A stretch of DNA of 64,000 nt from Camelus dromedarius (taxonomy: Eukaryota): contig NC_087437.1 in assembly GCF_036321535.1 (NCBI RefSeq), positions 3,162,001 through 3,226,000 on the forward strand, written 5' to 3'. The notes under the pieces were generated by a model. The model was not told the DNA's origin. It did no database searches and worked only from the letters and a program-made list of their open reading frames with translations. A program made the position numbers and the translations under genes. This document shows, piece by piece, positions 60,501 to 64,000 of the stretch. Each line of letters starts with the position of its first letter. Position 1 is the first letter of the stretch.

Positions 60501-63260
60501 AATAAACAAAATTGATAAGCCTTTAGTCAGACTCATCAGGAAAAAAAGCGAGAGGGCCCAAATTAACAAAATCAGAAATGAAAAAGGAGAAGTTACAGCT
60601 GACACCACAGAAATACAAGGGATCATAAAAGGATACTATGAGCAACCATATGCCAACGAAAATGACAATGCAGAAGAAATGGACAATTTCTTAAAAAGGA
60701 ACAATTTGCTAAGACTAAACCAGGAAGAAACAGACAATATGAATAGACCAATTACCAGTACTGAAATTGAATCAGTAATTAAAAACCTCCCAACAAACAA
60801 AAGTCCAGGACCAGATGGCTTCACAGGTGAATTCTACCAAACATTAAAGAAGAGTTAACACCTATCCTTCTGAAAGTATTCCCAAAAGTTGCAGAGGAAG
60901 GAACACTTCCAAACTCATTCTATGAGGCCATAATCACCCTGATACCAAAACCAGACAAGGATATCACAAAAAAAGAAAATTACAGGCCAATATCACCTGT
61001 GAATATAGATGCAAAAATCCTCAACAAAATACTAGCACATCGACTCCAACACTGCATTAAAAGGATCATACACCAAGATGAAGTTGGATTTATCCCAGGG
61101 ATGCAGGAAATTTTCAGTATATGCAAATCAATCAACGTGATACACCACATTAACAAATTAAAGAATAAAAACTATATAGATACTCTCAATAGACACAGAA
61201 AAAGCTTTTGATAAAATTCAACACCCATTTATGATCAAAACTCTCCAGGAACTGGGCATAGTCGGGAGATACCTCAACATAATAAAGACCATATATGACA
61301 AACCTACAGCTAACATCATACTTAATGGAGAAAAGCTGAAAGCATTCCCTGTAAGATCAGGAACAAGACAAGGATGCCCACTCTCACCACTTTTATTCAA
61401 CATAGTTTTGGAAGTCTTAGCCACAGCTATCAGAGAAGAAAAAGAAATAAAAGGAATCTAAATTGGAAATGAAGAAGTAAAACTGTCACTATTTGCAGAT
61501 GACATGATACTATACATAGAAAACCCTAAAGAAGTGACCAGAAAACTACTAGAGCTCATCAATGAATATGGTAAAGTTTCAGAATACAAAATTAATATAC
61601 AGAAATAAGTTGCGTTTCTATACTCTAACAGTAAAATAGCAGAAAGGGAAATTAAGGAAACAATACCACTTACCATCATGCCAAAGAGAATAAAATACCT
61701 AGGAATAAACCTACCCAAGGAGGCAAAAGACCTATATGCCAAAAACTATAAGACGCTGATGAAGGAAATTGAAGACAACATAAACAAATGGAAAGATATA
61801 CCATGTTCTTGGATTGGAAGAATTAATATTGTTAAAATGGCCATACTGCCCAAGGCAATTTACAGATTCAGTGCAGCCCCTATCAAGTTACCAATGACAT
61901 TCTTCACAGGGCTGGAACAAAAAATGTTAAAATTTGTATGGAAACACAAAGGACCTCAAATAGCTGAAACAATCTTGAAAAAGAAGAAAGGAGCTAGAGG
62001 AATCATGCTTCCTGACTTCAGACTATACTACAAAGCTACAGTAATCAAAATAGTATGGTACTGGCACAAAAACAGACACATAGATCAATGGATCAGGATA
62101 GAAAGTCCAGAAATAAACCCATGCACATATGGTCAATTAATCTATGAAAAAGGAGGCAAGAATACACAGTGGAGAAAAGACAGTCTCTTCAATAAGTGGT
62201 AATGGGAAAACTAGATGGACATCTACCTGCAAAAGACTGAAATTAGAACATTCTCTAACACCATGTACAAAAATAAACTTAAAATGGATTAAAGACCTAA
62301 GTGTAAGACCAGATACTATAAAACTCCTAGAGGAAAACATAGGCACAACCACTCACGGACATACATTACAGCAGTATATTTTTTTGAACCAGCTCCTGGA
62401 GTATTGGAAATAAAAGCAAAAATAAACAAATGGAATCTAATAAACTTAAAAGCTTTTGCACAGCTAAGGATACCATCCACAAAACAAAAAGACCTACAGA
62501 ATGGTAGAAAATATTTGCAAATGATGTGACTGACAAGGGACTAATTTCCAAAATATATGAACAGCTCATATACCTTAATATCAAAGAAACAAGCAACCCA
62601 ATCCAAAAATGGGCAGAAGACGTAAACAAGCAGTTCTCCAATGAAGACATACAAATGGCCAATAGGCACATGAAAAAATGCTCAGGATCACTAATTGTCA
62701 GAGAAATGCAAATCAAAACTACAATGAGATATCACCTCACACCAGCCAGAATGACCATCTTTGAAAAGTTTACAAATGATAGATGCTGGAGAGGGTGTGG
62801 AGAAAATGGAACCCTCCTGCACTGTTGATGGGAGGGTAGATTGGTGCAACCACTATGGAGGACAGTATGGAGGTTTCTTAAAAAACTGAAAATAGACTTA
62901 CCATGGGATCCAGCAATCCCACTCCTGGGCATATATCCAGAGAAAAATAAAATTCAAAAAGACACATGCACCCCAATGTTCATAGCAGCACTATTTACAA
63001 TAGTCAAGACATGGAAACAACCCAAATGTCCATCAACAGATGACTGGATAAAGAAGATGTGGTACGTATACAGAATGGAACACTACTCAGCCATAAGAAA
63101 GAATAAAATAATATGCATTTGCAGCAAGCAATATGGATGGACCTGAAGATTGTCATTCTAAGAGAAATGGGCCGGAAGGAGAAAGCAAAATGCAATATGA
63201 CATCATTTATATGAGGAATCTAAAAAATAATGACAATAATAACAGGGATACAAATGAGCT
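60501..63260 (+). mobile_element. L1 ORF2 remnant (RT and C-terminal region), 3' UTR truncated
   Basis: Contains [36 protein letters not shown] (~61488-61510), IKYLGINL and [14 protein letters not shown], with in-frame stops and frameshifts. Confidence 0.97.
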
Positions 63261-64000
63261 AATTAGTATTTTGATTTCTTGAATATGTGTAAGCACATTT
63301 GACTGTCCTTTATGATTGCATTACCGCATTCTGTTGATTCTTATTTTGTAGTTGGCTTTATTCCTTTGATAACTGTGTAAGTTTAAAAAGCTAAAGATCT
63401 AATCTGTTCTTAGAAACAATACTTAGTACATATATGTAAACTAAAAAAATGTGCAGTATACTGTATATATGTATTTACATGCAATATAATGTGTATGTGC
63501 CATCGAACTGTAATAATTCTACCTAAAAAAACTGAAAAAGGAGACAAAATAATAATAATAAAATAAAGACAGAGAAAGTAGGAATTTGAGAATAGGAAGG
63601 AGAAAAAGAAAGAGAAGGACTTTGACCTCTTCCGGTAAAGACGTTATCCTGTGCCAGTCTTAGGGTACATCCATAAAGAATCAGTCTGCCTGGGTGGTTT
63701 GGCAGTGAATTGAAAAGTCCACTGAGGTGAATTTTCTGATTACCAGACCTTTTCATTTATCAGAAACTCTCTCTGCCATTTACGAGGAAATAAACAGGAA
63801 TAGGAGGGGAAATACAGACATCTGGAGAGCTCTGTGGGATGTGGAGGAGCCTGAGTCCCACAGGTGACGAGGGAGTGGTCGTGTACAACAGTCTAGAACG
63901 TTCCATCGCTCAGCCTGCCGCAGGGCAGACTCAGCAAGAGCCTGTGCCTCCTTCATGCCTGGTGTCTGTCCCACCAGGCTCTCACTCAACCTGGTGCCGG

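Noticed and set aside
61678..62202. 174-aa ORF and neighbouring ORFs as a functional reverse-transcriptase gene
   Set aside because: They are pieces of one L1 ORF2 broken by stops and frameshifts (e.g. cagaaataa at ~61600-61608). ORF1, the promoter and most of the endonuclease domain are absent.
63520..63620. Strong minus-strand polypyrimidine tract and acceptor (also a similar one at ~20694)
   Set aside because: I found no convincing downstream donor or recognisable reading frame, and purine-rich low-complexity tracts generate such sites frequently.
1..64000. L1 strand bias as evidence for a host gene's orientation
   Set aside because: The younger L1 fragments split about 8 minus to 6 plus, which is uninformative.

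Overview
This is mammalian non-coding genomic DNA, intergenic or deep intronic. It is very probably camelid, because three copies of a tRNA-derived SINE resemble the camelid Vic-1 type and many L1 3' ends look lineage-specific. I found no cellular protein-coding gene or real RNA gene that I can recognise. The ORF-track hits with recognisable homology are decayed L1 ORF2 pieces, and I can also read Tigger and hAT transposase remnants. The window is dominated by transposon fossils: more than a dozen L1 fragments, L2, MIR, MLT1/ERVL LTRs and MER5A/MADE2-like pieces. The clearest structures are an apparently full-length 3457-bp Tigger2-family DNA transposon with both TIRs and TA target duplications (55889-59345), and a 5'-inverted L1 with a twin-priming signature (60033-63260). 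Non-repeat stretches hold a GC-box/G-quadruplex patch (~26.8 kb), a CTCF-like motif, a Z-DNA tract, an unexplained overlapping double hairpin (45634-45704) and several weak exon-like units. I see no convincing previously undescribed biological system. Repeat family names come from recalled consensus sequences and need RepeatMasker/Dfam confirmation, and boundaries of old repeats are approximate.
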